From IMG/VR virus record IMGVR_UViG_3300022072_000005: a stretch of 64,000 nucleotides of DNA. The stretch is one strand, 5' to 3'. The notes below the pieces were generated by a model. It did no database searches. It was not told where the DNA came from and saw only the letters and a list, made by a program, of their open reading frames with translations. Shown in pieces: positions 30,528 through 41,100 of this stretch (position 1 is the stretch's first letter; each line of letters opens with the position of its first letter). Made by a program: the position numbers and the translations under genes. The stretch is from an uncultured virus (IMG/VR IMGVR_UViG_3300022072_000005). Lineage: Duplodnaviria > Heunggongvirae > Uroviricota > Caudoviricetes.

Positions 30528-32279
30528 TTATAGGGATATTATTTCATAAGTTAAATAAATATCTACTGTACCATCTCCAGTTGCAATTGAACTTGTTCCT
30601 GATGCGATGACAGCACTATTCTCTGCTAATAAACTCCCACCAGAATCTAAATTGCGTACCAACCTTTCAATTTGGTCTGAGGTTGCTGATAAAAAACCAC
30701 CTGGGGTAGCCGTACCAAAACTACCGTCAGCTATATCTAAGGTATTATCATCAAAGGGAATGGTTCCAAAGTTAAGTCTAGCAACAGCCGATATTATATT
30801 AATTACAGTACCTACACCAGCTGCTGGTAACAATTGCACTGGACCTTGACCTATATTTTCGATTTGTGATGCTGATAAAGTTACTTTAATTTTTTGTATA
30901 CCTAAAAAAGATGCAGTTATAAATCCAATGTCATTATTTAAGTTAGATAAATTATGTGTATGAGTTGTAAGACTATATCTACCATCTAAATCAACACTTA
31001 CTGTTGAACCCGATTGTAAGGTACTTTCAAATAATCCATTTGAGGTGTTAAATGTATGAGTTGTTAAATAATCATCTGATAAACCTATGTGTGTATGGTC
31101 ATCAAGACTATATCTATCATCTAAATTAATAGTGACAGTTGAACCTGACTTAAGATTTAAATCTAAATCCCCAGTTAATTCATTAAATGTACCACCAGTT
31201 AAATAATCATCAGATAAACCAATGTGAGTGTGGTTATTAAGACTATACCTACCGTCTAAATTAACACTTACTGTTGAACCCGATTGTAAGGTACTTTCAA
31301 ATAAACCAGTACTTGTATTAAATGTATGAGTTGTTAAATAATCATCTGTATTTGTTGTTCCACCAGTTATCGTTTGTGCTTGAAACCATTCTTTAGTAAT
31401 TAAAACTCTTCCAGTGGCTTCTGCATTAATTAAAGCTGTTGTTAAACTTGGTGCCACTATCGTTCTATCGGTATTCAATAAAAGAACTTTATCTTGTTGA
31501 CCTTCAGTTATTTGATTAGTTGCTGTGTTCCCTAATGAGAATACTATATCCCCAGTATTATCACCAACCATTATATTTAGGTTCTTACCTGTAATAAGAC
31601 CATGCGCTCTTAACCATGGAGCGTAATAAGAATCGTTTTGTATACCTAAATAAACACCTTCATCAAATGCATCTCCGTTAATAGTTGCTCTAAATCCAGC
31701 TATGGCTGCATTTCCAACCGTATCTGTGTTATTTGCAAGATATCCTGTTGCCTTATTATTAGAACCCTCTACATAAAACCCTTCATTATCTGAAACAGGT
31801 TTAACTCGATTTCCAAAATAAGAATTTAAAGGGTTTATTACTGACTCTACTGTTTCAGTAAACCCAGTTAAATATCTACCATCTAAATTAACGCTATATG
31901 TACCACCTAATAATCTGTTGAAATCAACTTGACCTGTACTTGTGTTAAACGTAGCACTAGTTGTGTAATCATTTGTTGTTCCACCAGTTGTACCACCAGA
32001 AAGTGCATCAACTTCAACAATTTTACCAGTTATATTATCCCTACCTAATAATTGATATGTACCACCAGAAACGATATTCGGTAAAGCGTTAGGTAATATA
32101 AGCCCTCTAGCCCTAATATATTGTAGAGCATCGATATTAATAGTATCACCACTAACATTTTCAGGTATTAAATTATCTGTAACACCAAATGTTGTCGTAC
32201 CAGATAATTGTGTATTGGTTAACTGAAATTGTTTTATTTGTCTATTATTTGAATAATCTATTTTTGTGGTAAATGCCAT
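30528..32279 (-). CDS. short fibre-like paralogue of the giant repeat protein
   Basis: N-terminus TKIDYSNNRQ.KQ...TNTQLSG shared with 38106..49655; same repeats and same ~160-aa cassette. Confidence 0.75.
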   Translation of the reverse strand: MAFTTKIDYSNNRQIKQFQLTNTQLSGTTTFGVTDNLIPENVSGDTINIDALQYIRARGLILPNALPNIVSGGTYQLLGRDNITGKIVEVDALSGGTTGGTTNDYTTSATFNTSTGQVDFNRLLGGTYSVNLDGRYLTGFTETVESVINPLNSYFGNRVKPVSDNEGFYVEGSNNKATGYLANNTDTVGNAAIAGFRATINGDAFDEGVYLGIQNDSYYAPWLRAHGLITGKNLNIMVGDNTGDIVFSLGNTATNQITEGQQDKVLLLNTDRTIVAPSLTTALINAEATGRVLITKEWFQAQTITGGTTNTDDYLTTHTFNTSTGLFESTLQSGSTVSVNLDGRYSLNNHTHIGLSDDYLTGGTFNELTGDLDLNLKSGSTVTINLDDRYSLDDHTHIGLSDDYLTTHTFNTSNGLFESTLQSGSTVSVDLDGRYSLTTHTHNLSNLNNDIGFITASFLGIQKIKVTLSASQIENIGQGPVQLLPAAGVGTVINIISAVARLNFGTIPFDDNTLDIADGSFGTATPGGFLSATSDQIERLVRNLDSGGSLLAENSAVIASGTSSIATGDGTVDIYLTYEIISL

Positions 32280-32324
32280 ATCTTATATAACCTCGTAAGT
32301 TATTATTTTTTAATTAAGTAACTT

Positions 32325-32714
32325 TTATATAGCGTCATAAGCTAATTTCTCAGGGGCCAATACAGCAGAAATAGCTTCAATTGACGTAAGTATATTATTC
32401 TCTATAAAACCTACCCAAGCATCATCACTAGCGGCTTGAACTTCAGCAATGTTACCTGTGTCAGCATAAGTGGCTATTAATATTTTTGCAAGAGGTCTTG
32501 TATATCTTTCAGGTTTATTAAGTATCTCCCTACATGTGCTACTAACACGAGATACATAAGTTGTTGATAAGTTATCAACCGCTGTTTTAGTATTTTTGAA
32601 AAAATCTTCACAAGTATTTACTGATACTTGTCCGATATATTCTTCAAAAGTGTAACTTGTTGGGGCTTCTACCCCAGTTAAAATGTCTAATTGTTCTTTA
32701 ATTGAAATTGCCAT
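32325..32714 (-). CDS. hypothetical protein (129 aa)
   Basis: ORF track; co-oriented with the fibre cluster. Confidence 0.6.
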   Translation of the reverse strand: MAISIKEQLDILTGVEAPTSYTFEEYIGQVSVNTCEDFFKNTKTAVDNLSTTYVSRVSSTCREILNKPERYTRPLAKILIATYADTGNIAEVQAASDDAWVGFIENNILTSIEAISAVLAPEKLAYDAI

Positions 32715-32729
32715 AATTTTGTTTGTTTT

Positions 32730-32762
32730 TATTTTACTATTATTTTACTATTATTTTACTAT
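32730..32762. repeat. 11-bp tandem repeat x3
   Basis: TATTTTACTAT x3 in the intergenic spacer. Confidence 0.8.
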
Positions 32763-33328
32763 TAATCGGGCGGGAAACCGCAGAAAATTAACGAGCTTAT
32801 AACACCAAGGGATGATACAATAAAGGCATCGTTGCTAATTCGGTACCATTTACCTGCCCCGTTAAAAATGGTAGTCCCACCTGAGTCTATATATACTATT
32901 TCTCCGTTGTTAGCGAATGTATTACCTCCTGATATGTATCTTGTGGTGGTAACAACTTCCCCACAAGCCAATAAAGATGTGGTTCTGCCAATTGAAGACA
33001 TAGAAACTGCTGTAACAGTTGAACATCCCATGACAGTGGCTACAAGACCTGCGTTAGAGAAGTCAAATTGAACAGTGTCAAATGCAGTTGAATCTGTCTG
33101 CGGACTCATTGGTGACCAAGAATTAGCGACGGGATTTACTAAAGTAGACTTACCCTCTGTAACCCACACAACGTCACCCACAATAGGTAAAGCACTTGAC
33201 CCGTTGTGCCACCTTAGCGAAGTAGAAGAACTACCACAAGCATCAAGTTGGCTTATTACAGGGGTTCCCATGTAAAAGGCCGTTAACTCTTTTTCACTCG
33301 CTAAAATTGCGCTCATAAAATCACTCAT
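32762..33328 (-). CDS. hypothetical Cys-containing beta protein with two similar halves (possible fibre accessory)
   Basis: AC...G.VV and AC...GEIVY repeats; locally higher GC. Confidence 0.55.
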   Translation of the reverse strand: MSDFMSAILASEKELTAFYMGTPVISQLDACGSSSTSLRWHNGSSALPIVGDVVWVTEGKSTLVNPVANSWSPMSPQTDSTAFDTVQFDFSNAGLVATVMGCSTVTAVSMSSIGRTTSLLACGEVVTTTRYISGGNTFANNGEIVYIDSGGTTIFNGAGKWYRISNDAFIVSSLGVISSLIFCGFPPD

Positions 33329-33339
33329 AATTATAAATT

Positions 33340-33717
33340 TTAAATAAGTTTGGGTACTGTTTGTTTTGATAAATACTCAGAGTCAGTCTCTATGATACTA
33401 ATATCTAAATAAAAATCATCCCATATGTGAACAGTATACACTACTCTATTATTTGCTCTAAAAAAATCTACTATTGTAGGTATCTTAAATCCGTCTTCTG
33501 GTATGTTTAAACACGCCTCTAGGTTCTTAACTAACGTATCAGGCTTTACAGCCTCTTTAGTCCAAGGCATTGCCATTATATCCATGTCGCTTGATAAACT
33601 ACCGTGTAACCCTAATTCCCAGCCACAATCCCAAGCGGCTTTTAAAAAATCACTCCACATAGTAGCATAAAATACCGCCTTACCGTTAGTTGTTATTTCA
33701 CTTCTTAATTTTGTCAT
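33340..33717 (-). CDS. minimal nucleotidyltransferase-like protein
   Basis: LGLHGSLSSDMDI (GS..DxD) plus C-terminal YLDIS. Confidence 0.45.
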   Translation of the reverse strand: MTKLRSEITTNGKAVFYATMWSDFLKAAWDCGWELGLHGSLSSDMDIMAMPWTKEAVKPDTLVKNLEACLNIPEDGFKIPTIVDFFRANNRVVYTVHIWDDFYLDISIIETDSEYLSKQTVPKLI

Positions 33718-33719
33718 AT

Positions 33720-34364
33720 CTATTGTTCTTCAACAAACTTTTTAAGGTTTGCAATATTTAAGTTATACACATCTTTTCTCCTATAGCACGCTCTGTGCAT
33801 TGATTGAAATAGATGAACCATATATGATTCTACTTTACTCCAATCAATTTCTTTGTCCGCTATTTCTGTTAAGTCACCATTAAAATAATTTATATCCCTT
33901 ACAGGTATAACCCACTTGTCTAGGTTAAAATCTACTATTTTTTGATGTAATTTCACATTGTTATTAATAATCTCTCTATTATCTACTAAATAGTTAGTTA
34001 GTTCTGAGTTGATAGGGGTTCTTATTATACTGTTTATAGTGTTAGAGTGCCTACCCGCTAGTATGTACTCTGTTTCGGGTAGTGATTTAAGTATAATATT
34101 ATCTAAATCACTATAAAGTCCTCCATATTTATTTAAAAGTAGCATTCTAAACTCATCAGATAAAAAAGCCACATACGTATTACCGTTGTATGGTATTATT
34201 TCGTTTGCATCCTTCACTATCACATATTCTGGCAAATTAATAATCTCTTCATAACACCACATGACACAAGTATACCCTAACTTGTGAAAAGAATAAATAG
34301 ATAATAGGTTGAAATCATTTAGTTTGTTCAACCTTGCAAAATAAAAATTAACTTCCTTGTCCAT
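33720..34364 (-). CDS. DxD glycosyltransferase (GT32 / alpha-1,4-GT-like)
   Basis: LSIYSF...G, KDANEII, SDEFRMLLLNKYGGLYSDLD, VHLF. Confidence 0.8.
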   Translation of the reverse strand: MDKEVNFYFARLNKLNDFNLLSIYSFHKLGYTCVMWCYEEIINLPEYVIVKDANEIIPYNGNTYVAFLSDEFRMLLLNKYGGLYSDLDNIILKSLPETEYILAGRHSNTINSIIRTPINSELTNYLVDNREIINNNVKLHQKIVDFNLDKWVIPVRDINYFNGDLTEIADKEIDWSKVESYMVHLFQSMHRACYRRKDVYNLNIANLKKFVEEQ

Positions 34365-37300
34365 AAACTAATACTAATGATGTGTCAAATCTTTTATATG
34401 TTATTGTGCTATAAGACCCAGAAGTTGAGTTTATAGCTGTTGTGGAGCCAATAGTTCTTGGGGTTAATCCAGTACTAGCGATAGTTGGTGTGTTATTACC
34501 GCCATTGATAATTAAAATTGTACCAGAGGCTCCGTCAGGTATACTAGAAATGGTAATAGTAACGCTAGAGTTAAGGTTGATAAAAGCACACCCACCTAGC
34601 CTCCAATCAAGCGTGATGTTAGCTGTTATTGTTTGCTGACTACCATATTGAGAGTTACCTTTTTGTCCCTCAAATGAATTTCTTTTTAAATTGTGGCCAG
34701 TGGTATTCATTATTATTTCTGGTCTATTATGTTCTCCATACCCAATAGCCCCCGTTCCATTTGTAACTGTATGAGCTGTCCATGGCTCTAATAATAGTGG
34801 TTTCTCTAAGTCAATATTATATGTGTTAACTTGACCAAAACCACCAAAAGACCCGTTATTGTTATATTGTATGTCACCATTAACTCCACCAGGGTTACCA
34901 CTACCAATAACTAATGATTCTATCTTATCCCATACCGCATTTCTTGTTGGGACTTGGGGTGAACCATTCCAAGTCCCACCATAGGCTAAATCAGGGACAC
35001 TAATTCCACTAGAATTTACTGTAATTGCTAAGCTTCCTGGAGTTGCTGAACTTGAAGAGAATAACCCATCAGAAGCAGATGTTTGTGCTACATTATTAAC
35101 ATATATACTAAAATTTTTTGGTACTGATAATGATGTTACACCACCACCATTAGAACTTGTAATTTGTGATGTCTCTAACCAAGTTCTTGCTCTAGCACCT
35201 CCACCTGTAAAGTGGTTAGGTACATCTATATCAAAACCTGCTCTTGGTGCCCCTGCTGATGGATTACTATTTGTATTTTTAATTTTTAAAAATGCCCTTT
35301 GGTCAGAGCCTGCTTTAAACTCTGCTACTGGTTGTTCCCCACTAGCATATGAAGTTGAAGGTCCCTGTAATGATAACTTATAGTTAGGTATAGAAGTTCC
35401 GATACCTATATCCCCACTTGAGGTGATTTTTAAATGTGAGTCAGTAACATTTTCAAATGCAGTTGCACTTGTTACACCAGCTGTAAATGCTATTGGTTTA
35501 GATGAAATCATTAATGCTGTACCATTAGCATCAAGATTTGTATTGGCTTGTAACCCCCATTTAGCTGCATAATTAGCTCCTTCTCTTACTGTTATGTACT
35601 TAGTTGCATAAGTACTATTACCTAATGTCATTACTTCACCACTAGCTTGAGATGTAAATATATTACCAAAAACTTCTAGTTCAGAACTAGGGTCAGTAAC
35701 TCCTATACCTACATTACCGTTTCCTAGTATAGTCATTTTTACATTAGTTCCAGTTGTATCGACAGAATTTGTAACAAATGCTATATCTCCTTGAGATGCT
35801 AATGAAAGAGTAGTTGATTCAAATAAATTTATAGCTCCAACAATAGTGCCGTCATCCACAAAATCTATTTTAGCAGAACCATCTGTATTGCCTGAATCTA
35901 TTCTCAGTAGTCCAGTATTCCCAGCAGTTCCAAATCCTTTTATATGTAGTTTAGTACTAGGAGCAGTTGTACCTATTCCTACATTTCCGCCGCCCATTGC
36001 AATTACTACATCATCAGCTACGTAATTATTTAAACGTAATTGTTGACCGTTTGAATCAATCATCATATAGCCATCGTTAATTGCTTTTATTGATGAAAAT
36101 CCCGAAGCTCTTGATATAGATAATTTTGCGTTTGGACTAGTTGTTCCTATACCCACATTACCACCTGGTTCAATTGTTACAGCCTGTGTGTCCAAATACC
36201 CAGAAGTTCCACCAATTCTTACTTCACCATCATCCTTAAAAAATAAAGGTACTTTAAGCGATACTTTATCATATAAATAGAAGTTGGATGTACCATCTCC
36301 CGCAAAATCTATACCCGTAGTCCACTTATCTGTACTATTATGTGAAAAGATAATACTAGATTGCCTGTTTGAAGTATTGTTAAGTATTAATCCATTATAC
36401 TGTGAACCACCTTCAATTTTAACAACTTCTTCAGTTCCAGAAGCAGCAGTTCCTTTAACATGTAGTTTATGTATAGGAATAGGGGTTCCTATACCTACAT
36501 TTGTACCATTATCATATATAAGTGAATTACCTTGTGCAGTTGTACTTGTCCATTTAGAAACATAGTTCGTAGTTCCTGTTCCTGTAGAGAAAGCTGTAGA
36601 ATTAAAAGCATTGCTACCTAACTCTCTTGTACCAACAACTCCACTGCCATTAATCATTAGAGATGTGTTTTCAGAGGCTTGAGTAGCTACAGTTGACATT
36701 GTAACTGTGTTATTGAGGGCTATACCTCCTGTTGTAGATGCTGATGACCCTAAATTAATAGTAAATGACCCATTAGAAGGTGTTCCAGTACCAATATTTA
36801 TAGTTTTAGTGGATGTTGTATTTGCTTCTGTAAATAAATTATACGTTGAACTCACAGTGCCGTCGACCCCATGTCCCATTGTAAAAGAGGTTGGGGTTTT
36901 TAGAGTTCCCGTACTACTATCAAAAGTCCAATTTGCATTATATTCAAAATCAGTTCCACCAGCATTCATAAATGGAATTTGGCTAACTGTACCATATCCT
37001 AAACCTATTTCAGCTAAAGTCCAAGTAACAGGAGTACTACCATCCACTGATTTACCAGTATTACCGATTGTTAAAATTCTAGGTGTTGTCCAAGTATCCG
37101 CATTAGGGTGGTATGCATCATGAAAAATATTATTACCACCATATGTGAATGTATTAGCATTCATTATAATAGTATGTCTAGTAGCCCAATTTGCTACATT
37201 ACTTCCAGTGTTAGAGTAAATATAAAGCCCTTCTTCTGCACCCACTTGTACAGCTTCTAATGAATTTGAAGCATTAGCTGACATTTGAGCATACCACTCT

Positions 37301-38046
37301 CCAGCACCAATACCAGTTGACCCGTTATTCCCAAGTATAACACCTTCAAGACCCCAAGAAAGGAGCATAGCTTTATTATCTTCTCTTCTATATTCATCAT
37401 TTCTTATAGAAGTAGTTACTGTTAATGTTCCAGTAAGTGTATCTGTTATATTTAATAAGTATTTACCGTCTGTGGTGGCAGAAAACGCTTGTATTTTATT
37501 ATAAATAGCGTTTTTTGTAGGGACTTCTAAGTTACCAATCCAAGAAGCACCATAAATTTCATCTTGGGTTTCCATTCCCGCAGAAGTGAAAGTTGCAACA
37601 GGGATATTAGAAACAACCATATCCACTTCATTATTACTTACCGAACCAATCTTTAAAATACTTGTATTCCAGTAAAAAGCACCATCTAAAGTAGCGTTAT
37701 TACTTTGAAATCTTATTCCACCACCTCTAGTGTTATCTCCTGAACCTCCTTTAATTAAAAGACTGTTTATATTTGCCCCAATTGCACCAAACTGAACACT
37801 AAAAGCTTCATTATGTTCAATTTGGTTAGCAGTGGTAGAACCATAAGCTAACCTTTGATTCGATGCGGAACCACTAATATATGTTGTTGAGTCTAAAGTA
37901 CCATCACCTTTAACAAATTGATTGTCGAGACCATCAACTGTTATAAATGCTGGTGATGTTGTATTTCCACTAACATTTAAGTAACTCTGTACCGTGGAAC
38001 CAGATTTAGATATAAATCCGTTACGTATATTAAATTCGTTTGCCAT
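34348..38046 (-). CDS. tail fibre / receptor-binding protein (1232 aa)
   Basis: Five (G/T)NVGIG / DIGIG..P..KL repeats, GDIQYNNNGSFGG, MANEF.IRNG N-terminus. Confidence 0.8.
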   Translation of the reverse strand: MANEFNIRNGFISKSGSTVQSYLNVSGNTTSPAFITVDGLDNQFVKGDGTLDSTTYISGSASNQRLAYGSTTANQIEHNEAFSVQFGAIGANINSLLIKGGSGDNTRGGGIRFQSNNATLDGAFYWNTSILKIGSVSNNEVDMVVSNIPVATFTSAGMETQDEIYGASWIGNLEVPTKNAIYNKIQAFSATTDGKYLLNITDTLTGTLTVTTSIRNDEYRREDNKAMLLSWGLEGVILGNNGSTGIGAGEWYAQMSANASNSLEAVQVGAEEGLYIYSNTGSNVANWATRHTIIMNANTFTYGGNNIFHDAYHPNADTWTTPRILTIGNTGKSVDGSTPVTWTLAEIGLGYGTVSQIPFMNAGGTDFEYNANWTFDSSTGTLKTPTSFTMGHGVDGTVSSTYNLFTEANTTSTKTINIGTGTPSNGSFTINLGSSASTTGGIALNNTVTMSTVATQASENTSLMINGSGVVGTRELGSNAFNSTAFSTGTGTTNYVSKWTSTTAQGNSLIYDNGTNVGIGTPIPIHKLHVKGTAASGTEEVVKIEGGSQYNGLILNNTSNRQSSIIFSHNSTDKWTTGIDFAGDGTSNFYLYDKVSLKVPLFFKDDGEVRIGGTSGYLDTQAVTIEPGGNVGIGTTSPNAKLSISRASGFSSIKAINDGYMMIDSNGQQLRLNNYVADDVVIAMGGGNVGIGTTAPSTKLHIKGFGTAGNTGLLRIDSGNTDGSAKIDFVDDGTIVGAINLFESTTLSLASQGDIAFVTNSVDTTGTNVKMTILGNGNVGIGVTDPSSELEVFGNIFTSQASGEVMTLGNSTYATKYITVREGANYAAKWGLQANTNLDANGTALMISSKPIAFTAGVTSATAFENVTDSHLKITSSGDIGIGTSIPNYKLSLQGPSTSYASGEQPVAEFKAGSDQRAFLKIKNTNSNPSAGAPRAGFDIDVPNHFTGGGARARTWLETSQITSSNGGGVTSLSVPKNFSIYVNNVAQTSASDGLFSSSSATPGSLAITVNSSGISVPDLAYGGTWNGSPQVPTRNAVWDKIESLVIGSGNPGGVNGDIQYNNNGSFGGFGQVNTYNIDLEKPLLLEPWTAHTVTNGTGAIGYGEHNRPEIIMNTTGHNLKRNSFEGQKGNSQYGSQQTITANITLDWRLGGCAFINLNSSVTITISSIPDGASGTILIINGGNNTPTIASTGLTPRTIGSTTAINSTSGSYSTITYKRFDTSLVLVYGQGS

Positions 38047-38105
38047 ATTTTTAATCCTTTTTCCAACTATCCAAAGGTATTATATATAAATATAAACTTT
38101 ATTAT

Positions 38106-41100
38106 TTAAATTCCTCTTATCAATGCTTTTATTATCCAATTATCAGTAGTTACGGTGGCATTTAATCTTAAATCATTACCTGAGATATCAACTGTAAAGC
38201 TTACACCTGAAGTATCACCTAAATCTGAGGTTGATGTGTCAGTATAAGTCACAGATGTTCCATCATGGACTGCCATAACAATACCAGCTCTAAGATTACT
38301 ACCATTTTTAACCACATAATCAAAAAATACTGCATCATAACTTAACTTAGAAATTATACCTATAACTTTAGGTGAGCCAGTATCAACATTTACATTTTCC
38401 TGGTAATCTAACAATGCGTTAGATACATTGAAAGTGGTACCTGTTACTGGTCCAGTTAGCGTCCCACCTGATAATGGTAAATAGACACCATCAATACCCG
38501 AATTTGCTGTGTAGTTATCTGTTAAGTATTCCCTAGTAATTAATACCCTACCAGTAGTTTCATTACTAATTAAGGTTGTTGTTAAACTCGGAACTACAAT
38601 TGTTCTATCCGTGTTTAATAAAAGTACTTTATCTTGGGCTGCTTCTGTGATATTATCACTAGCTGTATTTCCTAATGAAAATACTATATCACCAGTATTA
38701 TCACCAGTTGTAATATTTATAGCATTACCGTTAATATGACCACGTTCTCTTAACCAAGGTGCGTAATAATTACTATTCTGTACTCCTACATAAATACCTT
38801 TTCCAAATGCGTCATTATTAATAACTGCTCTGAATCCTGATAAAGCGGCATTTCCAACCGTATCTGTGTTATTTACAAGGTATCCTGTTGCTTTGTTGAG
38901 AGCACTTTCTACATAAAACCCTTCATTATCTGAAACAGGTTTAACTCGATTTCCAAAATAAGAATCTAAAGGGTTTATTACTGACTCTACGATTTCAGTA
39001 AACCCAGTTAAATATCTATCATCTAAATTAATTGAAACTGTTGAACCTGATTGAAGATTTAAATCTAAATCTCCAGTTAACTCATTAAATGTACCAGAAA
39101 CTAAATAATCGTCAGTTGGTATGTAATCAGTTATTTCAGATATTGTATGTGTATGACCAGTTAATGAATACCTATCATCTAAATTAATAGAAACTGTACT
39201 TCCACTTAATAAATTTAAATCTAAATCACCAGTTAATTCATTAAACGTACCAGAAGTTAAATAATCATCTGTTGGTACATAATCAGTTATTTCGGATATT
39301 GTATGAGTGTGACCTGTGTTAGTTATTTCATTAAAATCATGTGTATGTCCCGTAAGACTATACCTACCATCTAAATCATAAACAACAGTTCCACCTGATA
39401 GTCTTGTTAAAGTCACTTCCCCATTTGCTGGGTTAAAATCACCAGAAATAACATAATTATCTGTATTACTTGCCCCACTAGCTACAAAAGCTCCAGTACC
39501 TAACTCCCTTGTACCAACAACCCCACTCCCATCAATCATCAATGTGATTAATTCATCATTTTGAGTTGACAACGAAGATAGTGTTGCACCACTAGCTCTT
39601 ATATTACCAGTTAAATAGAGTCCATTAGTATCAATACCACCAACAGCAACATTTGTCCTAACAAATTCCCAATCGTGAGCGGTAACGGTACCCATTCTGA
39701 ATTTATTATTTAAAATGTAATTTGCACCAAAAATTGAACCGTCATTATTTTTAAATCCTATACCACCACCTCTAGTTAAATCACCAGCACCTCCATTTAT
39801 AAATAAAGTAGTTATATTTGCGCCAAAACCACTGACACTCGTAGTTATTAAACTATTTTGGGCAGTTATATTTCCAAGTACAAACATATCTCCATTACCT
39901 GAAAAATACCCATCATCTCTAACTATAAAATTACTATTACCAGCACTATTTTGTATCTCTAGGGGGTACACACTAGCCCCAACGCCTCTTTTAAGTTTTA
40001 ATGAACCTCTAGTTGCATCAGTTGTTATCGTTGAAGGTGTAGACGCTTCATATACGCTTTGAAGTGTACTATCAGTCAAATATCTATCATCTAAATTAAT
40101 GGTAACTGTACTTCCACTTAATAAATTTAAATCTAAATCACCAGTTAATTCATTAAACGTACCGCTAGTTAAATAATCATCTGATAAACCAATGTGTGTA
40201 TGAGTTGTAAGACTATATCTTCCATCAAGGTTAACTGAAACAGTTGAACCTGATTGTAAGGTACTTTCAAATAAACCAGTACTTGTATTAAACGTATGAG
40301 TTGTTAAGTAATCATCCGATAAACCTATATGAGTATGCCCCGTAAGACTATATCTATCATCTAAATTAATTGTAACAGTTGAACCTGACTTAAGATTTAA
40401 ATCTAAATCACCAGTATTTACATCAAAATCACCAGAAACTAAGTAATCATCAGATAAACCAATGTGAGTGTGGTCATCAAGACTATATCTTCCATCTAAA
40501 TCATAAACAATAGTTCCACCACTTAATCTAGTTAAAGTTACTTCTCCATTTGATGTGTTAAATGACCCACTTGATACATAATCATCAGTTGGTATATAAT
40601 CAGTTATTTCAGATATTGTATGAGTATGTCCAGTTAATGAATACCTTCCATCAAGGTTAACTGAAACTGTACTACCACTTTGAAGTGTGCTTTCAAATAA
40701 ACCAGTACTTGTATTAAATGTATGAGTTATTAAGTAATCATCTGATAAACCAATGTGTGTGTGGTCATTAAGACTGTATCTATCATCTAAATTAATAGAA
40801 ACTGTACTTCCACTTAATAAATTTAAGTCTAAATCCCCAGTTAATTCATTAAATGTACCAGAAGTTAAATAATCATCAGTTGGTATATAATCAGTTATTT
40901 CAGATATTGTATGAGTATGTCCAGTTAATGAATACCTTCCATCTAAATCATAAACAATAGTTCCACCACTTAACCTAGTAAGGGTTACTTCCCCATTTGC
41001 TGGATTAAATGACCCATCAGTTACGTAATCATTCCTAGATATTTCTTCTAAGTTAATTAAAGTTGTAACATCATTATTTTTTATTTGAGTGATTTCATCA

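Noticed and set aside
32283..32310. Spacer translating as KIITYEVI*, resembling the YLTYEII end of the 583-aa fibre
   Set aside because: Too short to distinguish from chance.
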